Below are positions 49,560 to 59,494 of a stretch of DNA of 64,000 bases, piece by piece (within the stretch, counting starts at the first letter, position 1; each line of letters begins with the position of its first letter). This stretch comes from Nitrososphaerota archaeon (GTDB lineage: Archaea; Thermoproteota; Nitrososphaeria_A; Caldarchaeales; Calditenuaceae), in assembly GCA_038845265.1 (NCBI GenBank), contig JAWBQR010000005.1, forward strand, positions 32,001-96,000. The letters run 5' to 3'. The notes under the pieces were generated by a model. That model had not been told where the DNA came from and ran no database searches. It saw only the letters and a list, made by a program, of their open reading frames with translations. Made by a program: the position numbers and the translations under genes.

Positions 49560-50222
49560 TCATTTAACTAATTCTCGAATATACTTTACAGCAATCTCTG
49601 TGGCCTCTTGTAGCTTGCTTCTAGATATCCCGGGAACACCACAGATTAGCAGCACAGATTCAGTCGTTTCTAGACCGACCTTCGAGTACTCAGAATCCCT
49701 GTAGGGATATATCGAGAGTATCTTTGAGTTGTCTCTAATCACGACTTCTTCTCCCCTCAAAGTAATCGGGTCCTCCATCCCTATGCCGAGAAACTCCTCG
49801 CCTGGCCTTGCAAAAGATACGGCTATTCGACCAACAATCTTGGAGGCATCAAACGCCGCCATGGTTATCTCTGACTCTATCGAGGCCAAGTTATATGCGT
49901 CTACAAGCGTATTTATCCTCGGTAGCTCCTTGCCAAGCAGTATCCTTCTTACAAGTGCCTCGGATGATGGACGCATCTTCGTCGGGTCGATTCCAATCCT
50001 CCAGAAAAAATCCCTATACGCCCTAAATGTAGGCACGTCCTTAAGCGTCTCGAGCGAATACTTCTTCCTAACGTATTCATATATCCTCTTCTTGGCCTCC
50101 TCTAACTCGTTGCTGCTCTCCCTGATCCTTAGTCCCTTGATCAGGAGGCCCAATAGATCGATGCCCGGAAAACTCCCAAGCAGTGTCTTATCAATCTCGA
50201 TATTGATTGTATTGACTTCCAT
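49560..50222 (-). CDS. Stand-alone B3/4 (PheRS editing-like) domain protein
   Basis: AYRDFFWRIGIDPTK.RPSSEAL.RR, IN.LVD.YN..S. Confidence 0.9.
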   Translation of the reverse strand: MEVNTINIEIDKTLLGSFPGIDLLGLLIKGLRIRESSNELEEAKKRIYEYVRKKYSLETLKDVPTFRAYRDFFWRIGIDPTKMRPSSEALVRRILLGKELPRINTLVDAYNLASIESEITMAAFDASKIVGRIAVSFARPGEEFLGIGMEDPITLRGEEVVIRDNSKILSIYPYRDSEYSKVGLETTESVLLICGVPGISRSKLQEATEIAVKYIRELVK

Positions 50223-50768
50223 CTATCTGGATGCCTCCTCTAGAGCCTTGATGAAGGCATCCTCAAGCTCCTTGTTAAATGCGACGAGCCTGACAACATC
50301 AACGCCCTTCCCAGACTCTGCCGCATCAATGATCGCCCTAATCATCTCCCTGGCGGCTGCGTTTGGTTCCAGCCCACCCACGCCAGTACCCATTCCGGGA
50401 AAGGCGACCTCGCTTATCCCCAGCCTACTCGCCAGCTCGGCCGCCGCCTTCGTGGCCATGTAGACCTTCTCAGCGCTGGTCTCGCCTGCCGGACGCTCCA
50501 TTGTCGGCGCGTGTATCACGTACTTTGCACTCAGCTTACCCGCACCCGTCGCTACCGCCTCGCCTATCCTAATCGGCGCCTTACTCATTGCCTCTCTCTC
50601 GATGCTCTCTCCTCCCCTTACCTTTACCGCGCCCGCCACTCCTCCACCCATTATTAATCTACTATTCGCCGGAACCACTATTGCGTCCACTTCCTCCTCA
50701 GTGATGTCCCCCCTCTTGACTATGAATTTGACCTGACCTACCCTATAACACCTCATATCCACAATCAC
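50223..50768 (-). CDS. Macro domain (ADP-ribose binding/hydrolase)
   Basis: GDIT, DAIV.PAN, GGGVAGA, VIHAP, FPGMGTGVGG. Confidence 0.93.
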   Translation of the reverse strand: MIVDMRCYRVGQVKFIVKRGDITEEEVDAIVVPANSRLIMGGGVAGAVKVRGGESIEREAMSKAPIRIGEAVATGAGKLSAKYVIHAPTMERPAGETSAEKVYMATKAAAELASRLGISEVAFPGMGTGVGGLEPNAAAREMIRAIIDAAESGKGVDVVRLVAFNKELEDAFIKALEEASR

Positions 50769-50804
50769 TGATAAGGACCAAAATAAAAATTATCGAGTAA
50801 CTGT

Positions 50805-51725
50805 TTATTTTGCCGGAAATGTTTCTGCCATCTTTAGTAGATGGTTCCAGCGCTCCTCAACGATCTTCTTGAATCTCTCGAGTAGATGGGCATTCTCTGG
50901 TCTTAGGAGATATACGAATCTTCTCTGAGCCTTTAGGTAGTCCTCGACTGGCCTCGGCTTCGAGACCATGACGTTTATTCTGTATCTGCCCTCCTCAATC
51001 TCGTATATCGGGAATACCCTCGTCTCAACTGCCAGCTTAGCCATCTTTATCGTCTGATTTGAGTCGAAGTACCATCCCCTCGGACACGGCGCCAAGACAT
51101 GCATGAACGTTGGGCCGTCATAGCTAAGCGCCTTCTTGACCTTGTTCGCGAGGTCCCTCCAGAGATGCGGTGAGGCAGTCGCGGCATACGGTATACCATG
51201 GGCGGCGGCAATCGAGACTATGTCCTTCTTGGGTTCAAGCTTGCCTACCGGTGAAGTCGTCGTCGAGGCGCCAAGTGGGGTTGCAGCTGACCTCTGTATA
51301 CCAGTATTCATGTAGGCCTCGTTGTCGTAGCAGATGTAGAGCAGCTTATGTCCTCTCTCAAGCGCTCCAGAAAGTGCTTGGAAGCCGATGTCGAATGTTC
51401 CACCATCGCCACCCAGCACTATTATGTTATATTTCTTGCCTAGGCCCTTGCGTTCAAGCACCTTCATGGCCGCCTCGATCCCCGAAGCCACAGCCGCAGC
51501 ATTCTCAAATGCAACATGCACCCACGGTACTCTCCACGCAGTATATGGATAAGGCGATGAGACAATCTCGAGGCAGCCCGTCGGGCTAACAACCACGTAC
51601 GGAGGCTCAGCCGCCAGCAGTATCTGCCTCACGGTGACCATCATTCCGCAGCCAGCGCAGGCGGAGTGTCCGGGGCTAATTCCATCTCGACCGTAAAGGT
51701 CTTCAAGCTTAGTTACCTGCATCAT
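50805..51725 (-). CDS. porB: 2-oxoacid (pyruvate-type):ferredoxin oxidoreductase beta subunit
   Basis: CAGCG, GGDGGT.DIG, DNEAYMNTG, APCP.GW. Confidence 0.93.
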   Translation of the reverse strand: MMQVTKLEDLYGRDGISPGHSACAGCGMMVTVRQILLAAEPPYVVVSPTGCLEIVSSPYPYTAWRVPWVHVAFENAAAVASGIEAAMKVLERKGLGKKYNIIVLGGDGGTFDIGFQALSGALERGHKLLYICYDNEAYMNTGIQRSAATPLGASTTTSPVGKLEPKKDIVSIAAAHGIPYAATASPHLWRDLANKVKKALSYDGPTFMHVLAPCPRGWYFDSNQTIKMAKLAVETRVFPIYEIEEGRYRINVMVSKPRPVEDYLKAQRRFVYLLRPENAHLLERFKKIVEERWNHLLKMAETFPAK

Positions 51726-52906
51726 AGCACATCCTCCCTCAGTCCAAGATAGGTATACCTGCTTCGCGCCTCTCCCTTATTGACGTCCTCCTTAACCTCG
51801 TTAAGCAGCTCAGTAATCATACTCATCGTGGCCTCTCTGCCGCCCAGGCCATAGACAACACTTATCACGGGGATGCGGAGCCCAGCATCATATAGTGCTG
51901 CCTTCACGTTTGAGGCAAGTGGCGGCGAGGCTGCTCCGGGCGATAATGCCCTGTCCATGACGACTACTGCCTCCGAGCCTGAGAGTGCATCAACTATCTC
52001 CTTCTTCGGGAATGGAGAGAAGAGTCTAAGACTTATGAGTGATACTCCTTTAATGTTCCTGTATCGTATTGTGTGTCTTATCGTCCCGGCGGTGCTGCCC
52101 ATGCATATCACGCTTATCTTCTCGCCCTTCCAGTCTATCTTCATCTTTCCAATCCTGCCGCGCTCCTCTGGATAATTCTTGTAGACCTCTTCGAATACTT
52201 CTCCAGCCTTTTCGAGCGCCTTCGCCTGCTCGACCTTACTCTCGAAGTATGCGTTTGGAAGTGCGTAGGAGCCGAACGTGGCCGGCTTCTCATAATCTAT
52301 CCTCGGCCTGTCCCTGCGGGGAAGGTATGCCATTACTTCCGAGTCTTCAAGCGTCGCTACGGGCTCGTAGCAGTGAGATACAACAAAGCCATCGATGTTA
52401 ACAGCAACTGGCAAAAGCACCCTCGGATCCTCCGCGAGCCTGTAAGCCTGTATGACCCTGTCGTAAGCCTCCTGGGCATTCTCGCAGAATATCTGTACCC
52501 ATCCACAATCCCTCGACCCCATCATGTCCGAGTGGTCTCCATGAATATTTAGAGGAGCTGAAAGCGCCCTATTCACAACCGCCATAACGATCGGGCATCT
52601 AAGACCAGCAGCTATATACATGACCTCATGCATCAATGCTAATCCTTGACTTGAAGTTGAAGTGAAGACACGCGCTCCGGCGAGCGAGCCTCCTATACAT
52701 GCACTTAGCGCCGAGTGTTCAGACTCGACTGCGACGTACTCCGCATTCATCTCTTTTCTCGCGACATACTCGCTCAATCTCTCAACAATTATTGTCTGAG
52801 GCGTGATTGGATAAGCCGCTATGAGATCAACGTCGCATTGCTTGACGGAGTAGGCTATTGCCTCGTCTCCAGACAATAACTTAAACTGAGCCTGCTTAAG
52901 CATCAC
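51722..52906 (-). CDS. porA: 2-oxoacid:ferredoxin oxidoreductase alpha subunit
   Basis: AYPITPQT, ESEH, TSSQG, NRA, GLGGR. Confidence 0.93.
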   Translation of the reverse strand: MMLKQAQFKLLSGDEAIAYSVKQCDVDLIAAYPITPQTIIVERLSEYVARKEMNAEYVAVESEHSALSACIGGSLAGARVFTSTSSQGLALMHEVMYIAAGLRCPIVMAVVNRALSAPLNIHGDHSDMMGSRDCGWVQIFCENAQEAYDRVIQAYRLAEDPRVLLPVAVNIDGFVVSHCYEPVATLEDSEVMAYLPRRDRPRIDYEKPATFGSYALPNAYFESKVEQAKALEKAGEVFEEVYKNYPEERGRIGKMKIDWKGEKISVICMGSTAGTIRHTIRYRNIKGVSLISLRLFSPFPKKEIVDALSGSEAVVVMDRALSPGAASPPLASNVKAALYDAGLRIPVISVVYGLGGREATMSMITELLNEVKEDVNKGEARSRYTYLGLREDVL

Positions 52907-53157
52907 TCACTCACCATCGCTATTGCTTTTCGCGGACACTCCTCGGCACAGATTCCGCATCCCTTGCAGTAATCATAGTTGATCTCTATCGTTCCTCCTG
53001 GACTCTTGTAGATTGCTGGCTCGGGGCAGTAGACCCAGCATATTAAACATTTTGTACATTTCGACTGATCAATTACAGGTCTCTGGCTTCGCCAGCCGCT
53101 TCTTAGCTGGCTGGCCATGTTTCCCGGCTCTAGGATGATTCCAGCGCTCTTAAGCAT
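52903..53157 (-). CDS. porD: 2-oxoacid:ferredoxin oxidoreductase delta subunit (2[4Fe-4S])
   Basis: WR..RP, CTKCLICWVYCP, YDYCKGCGICAEECP; likely ATG 53157. Confidence 0.92.
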   Translation of the reverse strand: MLKSAGIILEPGNMASQLRSGWRSQRPVIDQSKCTKCLICWVYCPEPAIYKSPGGTIEINYDYCKGCGICAEECPRKAIAMVSE

Positions 53158-53692
53158 GCGCTTCACACCTCCGGATACCTCTACTGGCAGCGACGACGAC
53201 CTCTGCGTCCTTCTCACCGAACCTTTTAGCGATTATTTCTCGAAGGACGTCTATTGAGACGATTCCGCTCGCAGATGCTAGGGCTCCAATTATTGCGAGG
53301 TTCAGAGACCTCGGCCTACCAAGTGACTCGATAATCTGCTTAGCATCCACAGTGTATACATTTATCCTAGAAGGCGACTTAATCTCCAGCGGTTCGCTTG
53401 ATCCCGCCACCAGTATTCCGCCATCCTTTATCATTGGCACTATGTTCTGAGACTCAAGTAGTCTCTTCTCGAAGACTCCGGCCATGTCGTAGCTCTCAAT
53501 CGGTGCTCGAATCTCTATTGGCTCATCAGAAATTCTGACGTATGCCCTTACGGGGGCTCCTGACCTCTCAGGACCAAACTCTGGAAATGTCTGGACATAC
53601 AGGCCATGATGTAGCGCCGCCTCTGCAAGTATTCTCCCGGCGGTTACAACTCCTTGACCGCCGCGTCCCAGAAATAAAATCTCCAGAAACAT
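53150..53692 (-). CDS. porG: 2-oxoacid:ferredoxin oxidoreductase gamma subunit
   Basis: GRGGQG.VT, FGPERSGAP. Confidence 0.92.
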   Translation of the reverse strand: MFLEILFLGRGGQGVVTAGRILAEAALHHGLYVQTFPEFGPERSGAPVRAYVRISDEPIEIRAPIESYDMAGVFEKRLLESQNIVPMIKDGGILVAGSSEPLEIKSPSRINVYTVDAKQIIESLGRPRSLNLAIIGALASASGIVSIDVLREIIAKRFGEKDAEVVVAASRGIRRCEAHA

Positions 53693-53837
53693 AGTAGCAT
53701 CTTCGATAATTAGTGTTTTACGCTATATAATTAATGTTAAGCCAGCCATTCAGATATGAGTTGATAATTCAAAAAATTTTAGGCAAAATTCATGAACAAA
53801 TATATATTGTACTGCGTTTAAGCAACGTACTCTTTAA

Positions 53838-53993
53838 TTATTCTCCACTAGTCGGACTAGCGTTTAGGACTCGCTTGATAAAGTTTAGTCTATTCCTCTC
53901 TCTCGGTATTGGGTATTTTCTGGGCTTAGGCTCAAGCTTAGGTGTCTGGCTTCTGACCTTTCCGGCCTTTGTTATCGAGCCGTGCGAAGGCAA
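53838..53993 (-). CDS. rps30e: 30S ribosomal protein S30e
   Basis: Hand-translated (TTG) [19 protein letters not shown]...PRERNR; 51 aa; not in ORF track. Confidence 0.93.
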   Translation of the reverse strand: MPSHGSITKAGKVRSQTPKLEPKPRKYPIPRERNRLNFIKRVLNASPTSGE

Positions 53994-54120
53994 CTACACC
54001 ACCACTAGGAAGTATCTATCACTGTTTGATTTAAACATTAATTCACAACATAGCCCCTTCTCCATGATAGATTCTTAAGCGTTTTCTTTAATACTGGCCA
54101 TAACGATTACTCATGCAGAT

Positions 54121-55299
54121 TTGAGGGCTACAATAGTCCTAACGGCTCTTGGACTCGTCGCGATCGATGAGAAAGGAGAGACGATATGTAGCGAGTTCCG
54201 CGATAAGAGGGCTGAGAAAATTAGAGAATTAATTGAGGGGAGACCGACTGAGGAACTCATTAATCTGCTTAACATGCTCAAAGAGAGAGACACAATAGTT
54301 ATCACTTGTGTTGACCAGAGATTAGCTGACGCAGTTAGGAAAGCTAGTCCGGAGATCAAAGTATTAATCGGTGAACTCATGCCTGAGCTCGATGCATCAT
54401 CGTTAGCAGTAAAGTGCGGATGGTCCGCAGACATTGATGATTACTTCAAGAGTACTCGTGAAGTTGCTCTTGAGCTCCTTGAGGACAGGATTAAGACGGC
54501 AGTGGCTAGGAGGGACCTAATGATTGTTCAGGCAGTCAAACTACTCGATGATCTCGACAAGCTGATTAATATGCTCTATTCACGTCTCGTGGACTGGTAT
54601 GGTCAACACTTTCCTGAGCTACACCAATACGTCGAGGGGCCGGAGACCTATGCTAAACTCGTTCATAGACTCGGCACAAGAAAAAACTATAGTGAGGAGA
54701 GGCTTAAGGAATTATTAAGGGAAGAGCTGGCCGGTAAAGTTCTGGAGGCTTGTGAAAGAAGCCTCGGCGCGGAACTAAATGAGGTGGATGAGACAAAGAT
54801 AAGAAAGCTAGCCGGATACATACTTGAGATGACTGATTTCAGAGAGGAGATTCAGAACTACATAAAGTCACTCATGGAGATAGAGGCACCTAACTTGTCG
54901 GCAATTGCTGGCCCGACACTGGGGGCTAGGCTGATCTCGCTGGCCGGAGGGTTAGAGACACTCGCAAAGGCTCCTGCAAGCACCATACAGGTACTCGGGG
55001 CCGAGAAGGCCTTATTCAGATTCTTTAAGACCGGGAGAGGCGCGCCCAAGCATGGTGTAATCTTTCAGCACCCATATGTCCATAGCTCTCCGAGGTGGCA
55101 GAGAGGAAAGATAGCGCGTGCACTCGCCACGAAGATATCTATAGCCGCCAAAGTTGATTATTTCAGCCGAGAGGACCGAACATCAGAGCTCAGGAAAGCT
55201 CTAGAGGAGAGAATAAAGGAGATAAAGGTCAATTACGCATCGCCACCACCAAGGCAGGCTCCTAAGCCGAAGAGAGGAAAGAAGGTGAGTAAAAGATGA
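54121..55299 (+). CDS. nop5: C/D box sRNP protein Nop5 (Nop56/58)
   Basis: WYG.HFPEL, APNL, PASTIQVLGAEKALF, PKHG. Confidence 0.95.
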   Translation: MRATIVLTALGLVAIDEKGETICSEFRDKRAEKIRELIEGRPTEELINLLNMLKERDTIVITCVDQRLADAVRKASPEIKVLIGELMPELDASSLAVKCGWSADIDDYFKSTREVALELLEDRIKTAVARRDLMIVQAVKLLDDLDKLINMLYSRLVDWYGQHFPELHQYVEGPETYAKLVHRLGTRKNYSEERLKELLREELAGKVLEACERSLGAELNEVDETKIRKLAGYILEMTDFREEIQNYIKSLMEIEAPNLSAIAGPTLGARLISLAGGLETLAKAPASTIQVLGAEKALFRFFKTGRGAPKHGVIFQHPYVHSSPRWQRGKIARALATKISIAAKVDYFSREDRTSELRKALEERIKEIKVNYASPPPRQAPKPKRGKKVSKR

Positions 55300-55982
55300 T
55301 CATTGAGCCACACGAGTCATTCATGGGTGTTTACTGGATCATCGAGCAGAGCCAGAGATTCCTAGCGACAAAGAGCCTAGACCCTAGAACATCGGTTTAT
55401 GGAGAGAGATTATTTAGACATGGAGACGCTGAGTATAGAGAGTGGATTCCATACAGAAGCAAGCTGGCAGCAGCTATCCTTACAGGCCTCAAAGAACTAC
55501 CTATAAAGCCATCGGTCCGCGTATTATACCTCGGCTCAGCGACAGGCACAACTGTAAGTCACGTCTCAGACATCGTTGGTCATACAGGAATAGTATTCGC
55601 CGTCGACTTCGCTCCGAGAGTAATGGCACAATTCATCGAGAGAGTAGCGAGGAGGAGAAGCAACATTATCCCAATACTTGAGGATGCTAGGCTACCCGAG
55701 AGATACAGAGCCTTCGTAGGTAAAGTCGATGTCGTCTACTGCGACGTAGCACAGCCAGAACAGGCAAAGCTACTCATCGATAACTGCATCACATATCTAA
55801 AAAAGGGCGGTGAAGCACTCCTCGCAGTAAAAGCTAGGAGCATTGACAGCACTGAAGACCCTGAGAAGGTCTTTAGAAGAGAGATATCAATCCTCGAGAA
55901 AGGTGGGCTAAGAGTAAAAGAACATGTAAGACTCGAGCCATACGAAGAAGACCACATAATGGTACGCGTCAAGTATGATTAG
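55296..55982 (+). CDS. flpA: Fibrillarin-like rRNA/tRNA 2'-O-methyltransferase
   Basis: VYGE, W.P.RSKLAA, YLGSA.GTT.SHVSD, DVAQP. Confidence 0.96.
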   Translation: MIIEPHESFMGVYWIIEQSQRFLATKSLDPRTSVYGERLFRHGDAEYREWIPYRSKLAAAILTGLKELPIKPSVRVLYLGSATGTTVSHVSDIVGHTGIVFAVDFAPRVMAQFIERVARRRSNIIPILEDARLPERYRAFVGKVDVVYCDVAQPEQAKLLIDNCITYLKKGGEALLAVKARSIDSTEDPEKVFRREISILEKGGLRVKEHVRLEPYEEDHIMVRVKYD

Positions 55983-56649
55983 GAAGAATTTGAGACTGAT
56001 AGCAGGTATAGACGAGGCCGGCCGAGGCTCACTTGTCGGCCCACTTGTAGTAGCTGCAGTCGCTCTCCCTCCCAACAGTGTCAGGACGCTTAGGACACTA
56101 GGGGTCAGGGACTCAAAGCAACTCTCCAGAAATAATAGAGAAAAAATCTATCGAGAGATCATTAATCTTTGTCCTTTCGTAGAATCCATCGAGATACCCC
56201 CAAGCGTGATTGATAGGTATACCAAGCGGTCAGGCGGGCCTGGAATAAATGCATTAGAAGCGGCAGCCGCTGCAAGCCTCATCGAAAAAATTCGTCCAGA
56301 CATCGTATACATAGACTCGCCTACAAGAATTGCAAGAGAATTCGCGAAAATGATCAATAGTAGGCTAGAAGAGGCTAGATGTGTAATAGTATGTGAACAT
56401 GGAGCAGATGTATCTAGGCCGGTGGTCAGCGCAGCGTCCATCATTGCCAAGGTTGTCAGGGACAATGCGATAAAGAGCCTGAAGAATAGGCTCGGAGACT
56501 TTGGTTCAGGATATCCAAGCGATAAAAAAACGATCAGCGCCATCAAGGAGATATTGACATGCGGTAAGGAAATGACTAAATATATACGCATGTCTTGGAA
56601 GACCCTTAACTCTATTCAGCCAAGCCTCGACGACTATAAAGAGGACTGA
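55975..56649 (+). CDS. rnhB: Ribonuclease HII
   Basis: GIDEAGRG, DSK, AASIIAKV.RD, GSGYPSD. Confidence 0.95.
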   Translation: MIRKNLRLIAGIDEAGRGSLVGPLVVAAVALPPNSVRTLRTLGVRDSKQLSRNNREKIYREIINLCPFVESIEIPPSVIDRYTKRSGGPGINALEAAAAASLIEKIRPDIVYIDSPTRIAREFAKMINSRLEEARCVIVCEHGADVSRPVVSAASIIAKVVRDNAIKSLKNRLGDFGSGYPSDKKTISAIKEILTCGKEMTKYIRMSWKTLNSIQPSLDDYKED

Positions 56650-56650
56650 G

Positions 56651-57217
56651 ATGAAACCAACTATCTATGTGTTTACTGGGCCTCCAGGATGCGGCAAAAC
56701 TACCGCGGTCAGAATAATTGCTGAAAGGCTCAAGGCTAATGGAATTCCAGTCGGAGGCATGATTACAAATGAGGTGAGGAGCGGCGGGTCCAGGACAGGA
56801 TTTGAGTTACGAGACATCAGTACTGGAGAAACGGCTCTTCTCGCACACGTAGGTGAGGGTGCACCAAGAGTTGGCAAATACGTCGTCTTTGTCTCTAACC
56901 TCGAGAGACTAGGAGTCAGCGCCATAATTCGGGCAGTCGAGAAGGGCTCATTAGTGATCATAGACGAAGTCGGACCAATGGAGCTCTTTAGCCAAGAATT
57001 CATTAATTCAGTCGAGATGACGCTCAAAAGATCAATCGCAGCGATCATTACTGTTCATTTCAAGTCGATGCATCCCCTAGCCCAGAAAGTGAGACGTGAA
57101 GCCACGAGGCTAATCGAGCTGAGGAGAGGATTGCCTAGACATGAATTTGAGGGAATAACGACTGAAGTCTCTGAGGAGATAGCTTCAAGGTTCGGGCAAA
57201 ATGTCGCTGGAGAATGA
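56651..57217 (+). CDS. THEP1-type NTPase
   Basis: GPPGCGKTT, R.GF, VGKY, IDEVGPMEL. Confidence 0.92.
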   Translation: MKPTIYVFTGPPGCGKTTAVRIIAERLKANGIPVGGMITNEVRSGGSRTGFELRDISTGETALLAHVGEGAPRVGKYVVFVSNLERLGVSAIIRAVEKGSLVIIDEVGPMELFSQEFINSVEMTLKRSIAAIITVHFKSMHPLAQKVRREATRLIELRRGLPRHEFEGITTEVSEEIASRFGQNVAGE

Positions 57218-58388
57218 GCTGGGATTTCCTGTCAAATACATCTACGAGGGGAAGGCGAGACTACTCGTCCCACTGGGTGTAGGAGAAGTAGATCCCTCTG
57301 CACTTCCAGTATTCTATAACCCGGCCTCAAAGATATCTCGGGATATTGCCGTCCTATCAGTTCTTGGATACTTTACCGGCAGATCTGCACGCTTGATGTG
57401 TGAGCCGCTTGCAGGATGTGGTGTGAGGACGATCAGAATCATACTAGAATCAGGTGTAGTGGAGCAAGCAATAGCGGGCGACATTAATAAAAATGCTGCC
57501 AGACTCATTTCTGCAAATGCGTCGATTAATGGTCTAGGCGACCGAGTAAGGGCGATGCATATCGATGCAAACCTACTACTTGCCAAGATGCATGCTGAGC
57601 ATGAGAGGGCAGACTATATTGATATCGACCCAGCCGGGTCTCCTGCAAGGTTTATCGAGAATGCCTGCAGAGCAACGAATAGGGATGGAATGCTGGGAGC
57701 CTCCGCAACCGACCTCGCAGCACTGTCAGGATCTTCGGCAACAACTGCGAGATGGAGATACGGAATGCACCTAGCCAGAACTGTATTTCCAAAGGAGGTA
57801 GCTGCGAGGGCTCTCGCTGGATTCATAGTTATGACCGCTGCTAGGCTTGGGTTAGCCGCTAATCCAGTACTCACAGTTGTCCATAGACATTTTCTCAGGG
57901 TCTTCGTCAGGCTTAACCGTGGAAGGAGCAAGGCATTAAGAGCATCATCAGAGCTCGGATACCTCATACATTGTAAAAACTGCCTATCAACTGTTAAGTC
58001 CATGTCTCCAGTAGTTGCCAATTCTAAGTGTCATGAATGTGATGGACAAGTAGTGATTCTTGGACCAGTTTGGCTAGGAGAGCTCAGCGACAAGGAACTG
58101 GCTGGAAGAGTGCTGGAGAGCAGCAAAATAGATGATCCCACATACAGTGAGGCGATTAAATTGTTCAGAGGTGTGACCGAGGAGATTCAGGACATTCCAT
58201 ATTATTATCCAGTAGCTGAGCTTGCTAGAAGAGCTAGTACCTCACCTCCAAGGGTCTCAAGGCTGATAGAGAACCTCAGAGAGCTGGGCTATAGAGCATC
58301 AACAACGCATCACGACCACTCAGCAATAAAGACAGACGCTCCAATAAGTGAGGTGCTAAAACTGGTCAGAGGTGAGAGTAGAGCATAA
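57201..58388 (+). CDS. trm1: tRNA (guanine-26-N2)-dimethyltransferase Trm1
   Basis: PVFYNP...SRD, G.R.IR, DIDP.GS, ATD, GPVWLG, TH...IKTDA. Confidence 0.93.
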   Translation: MSLENELGFPVKYIYEGKARLLVPLGVGEVDPSALPVFYNPASKISRDIAVLSVLGYFTGRSARLMCEPLAGCGVRTIRIILESGVVEQAIAGDINKNAARLISANASINGLGDRVRAMHIDANLLLAKMHAEHERADYIDIDPAGSPARFIENACRATNRDGMLGASATDLAALSGSSATTARWRYGMHLARTVFPKEVAARALAGFIVMTAARLGLAANPVLTVVHRHFLRVFVRLNRGRSKALRASSELGYLIHCKNCLSTVKSMSPVVANSKCHECDGQVVILGPVWLGELSDKELAGRVLESSKIDDPTYSEAIKLFRGVTEEIQDIPYYYPVAELARRASTSPPRVSRLIENLRELGYRASTTHHDHSAIKTDAPISEVLKLVRGESRA

Positions 58389-58400
58389 TTCTTGGAGAGC

Positions 58401-58500
58401 TGGGGGCGGTGGGATTCGAACCCACGGTCTCCGGGTTACTTCTCTGGCCAGGACGTTCATCTGGAGCCCGGCGCCTTGGACCTTACTAGGCTACGCCCCC
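58401..58500 (-). tRNA. tRNA-Trp(CCA) with 24-nt canonical 37/38 intron (approx. 58437-58460)
   Basis: Minus strand GGGGGCG...CCGGG-CT-CCA-G[intron]A-CCCGG...GTGGG-TTCGAAT-CCCAC-CGCCCCC-A. Confidence 0.93.
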
Positions 58501-58573
58501 GACTCAGTATCAATGCTTACTCTTACAATATCAATTTTGAATGAGGGTTAAATTTAGCTCTAACGTAAAACAA

Positions 58574-59155
58574 TCATGCCTTATTAGGCTCATGCTGAAT
58601 CTTAAGTCTTATTAATCCCTTTGAGACCTCGGAATCGATTATCTTTAACCTAAACTCCTCGAAGATGCCCCTAGCGAGTTCAAAGACGCATTGAGTCGAT
58701 TCGATGGTTCCTCCAACGCCAAATGCATTAACCTCGTATACGCTCGGCCCTATATTCTTTATGTTTACAGTCTTCAGTGGATAAAACCTGAGCAGTTTAT
58801 GTCCGAGCTCAAATAACTGCTCCGGCGTATCGGCGAGTATCTTTAGATATCTACCCACTTCTCTCCCAAGTCTATAGAAACTACTCAGTAGGAACTCACG
58901 GTCTTTCTCGTATAGCCTCGAGAGTAAACTGTCCATGAATTCTGATGGTAGAAGGATTGCGTCAAAATCCTTGAGAATTCGATACGTCTTCCAGAGGTCC
59001 TTTAGAAAGTCCAGTTCGACGCCTTCATTTATGACTTCTAGTCCGGCCTCGATTATCTCGTTGGTGAGAGCATAGACTGTCATGTTCTTCTTCTTTGCTA
59101 ATTGGGAGAGCTCCTCCCCCAAGGTAGACTCGACAGCTAAAGACATTCTAGCCAT
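58574..59155 (-). CDS. Hypothetical protein with N-terminal RHH/CopG-like DNA-binding segment
   Basis: RMSLAV...EEL..LAKKKNMT...L.NEIIE pattern; C-terminal alpha/beta domain. Confidence 0.6.
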   Translation of the reverse strand: MARMSLAVESTLGEELSQLAKKKNMTVYALTNEIIEAGLEVINEGVELDFLKDLWKTYRILKDFDAILLPSEFMDSLLSRLYEKDREFLLSSFYRLGREVGRYLKILADTPEQLFELGHKLLRFYPLKTVNIKNIGPSVYEVNAFGVGGTIESTQCVFELARGIFEEFRLKIIDSEVSKGLIRLKIQHEPNKA

Positions 59156-59301
59156 GAATCATCTACAATAATACAAAATTATTGGGTAAGTAAATAACCT
59201 TGTGGATATCAGCATATCAATATACTTAAGAATGCTTAATTAGGGACTTGCTTACATTTGGCCAACATAGCCTTAAATCGAGGCCCGCTAAATAATTCTT
59301 C

Positions 59302-59427
59302 TGGGTTGCCGGTCATAGGATAGGGGGAGACACCCGGTCTCATTCCGAACCCGGAAGTTAAGCCCCTATCCGCCTAGTGAGTAGTGGGGTGGGAGACCAC
59401 CCGTGAAAGCTAGGTGCTGGCAACCCA
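59302..59427 (+). rRNA. rrf: 5S rRNA (stand-alone)
   Basis: Terminal helix TGGGTTGCC/GGCAACCCA; conserved CACCCGGTCTCATTCCGAACCCGGAAGTTAAGCC; TTAAAT box about 25-30 nt upstream. Confidence 0.95.
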
Positions 59428-59494
59428 ATTAAACCTTCATTCTGAGATAATTCAGCAATTTTTTATAGTCACTCGAAGATATGCTGCATAGTTA

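Noticed and set aside
53734-54078. 114-aa + strand ORF
   Set aside because: Antisense shadow of rps30e
58437-58460. tRNA-Trp intron as a C/D guide RNA, as in some Euryarchaeota
   Set aside because: Only 24 nt and lacks complete C and D boxes
59302-59427. 5S rRNA unlinked from 16S/23S
   Set aside because: Normal arrangement in TACK archaea
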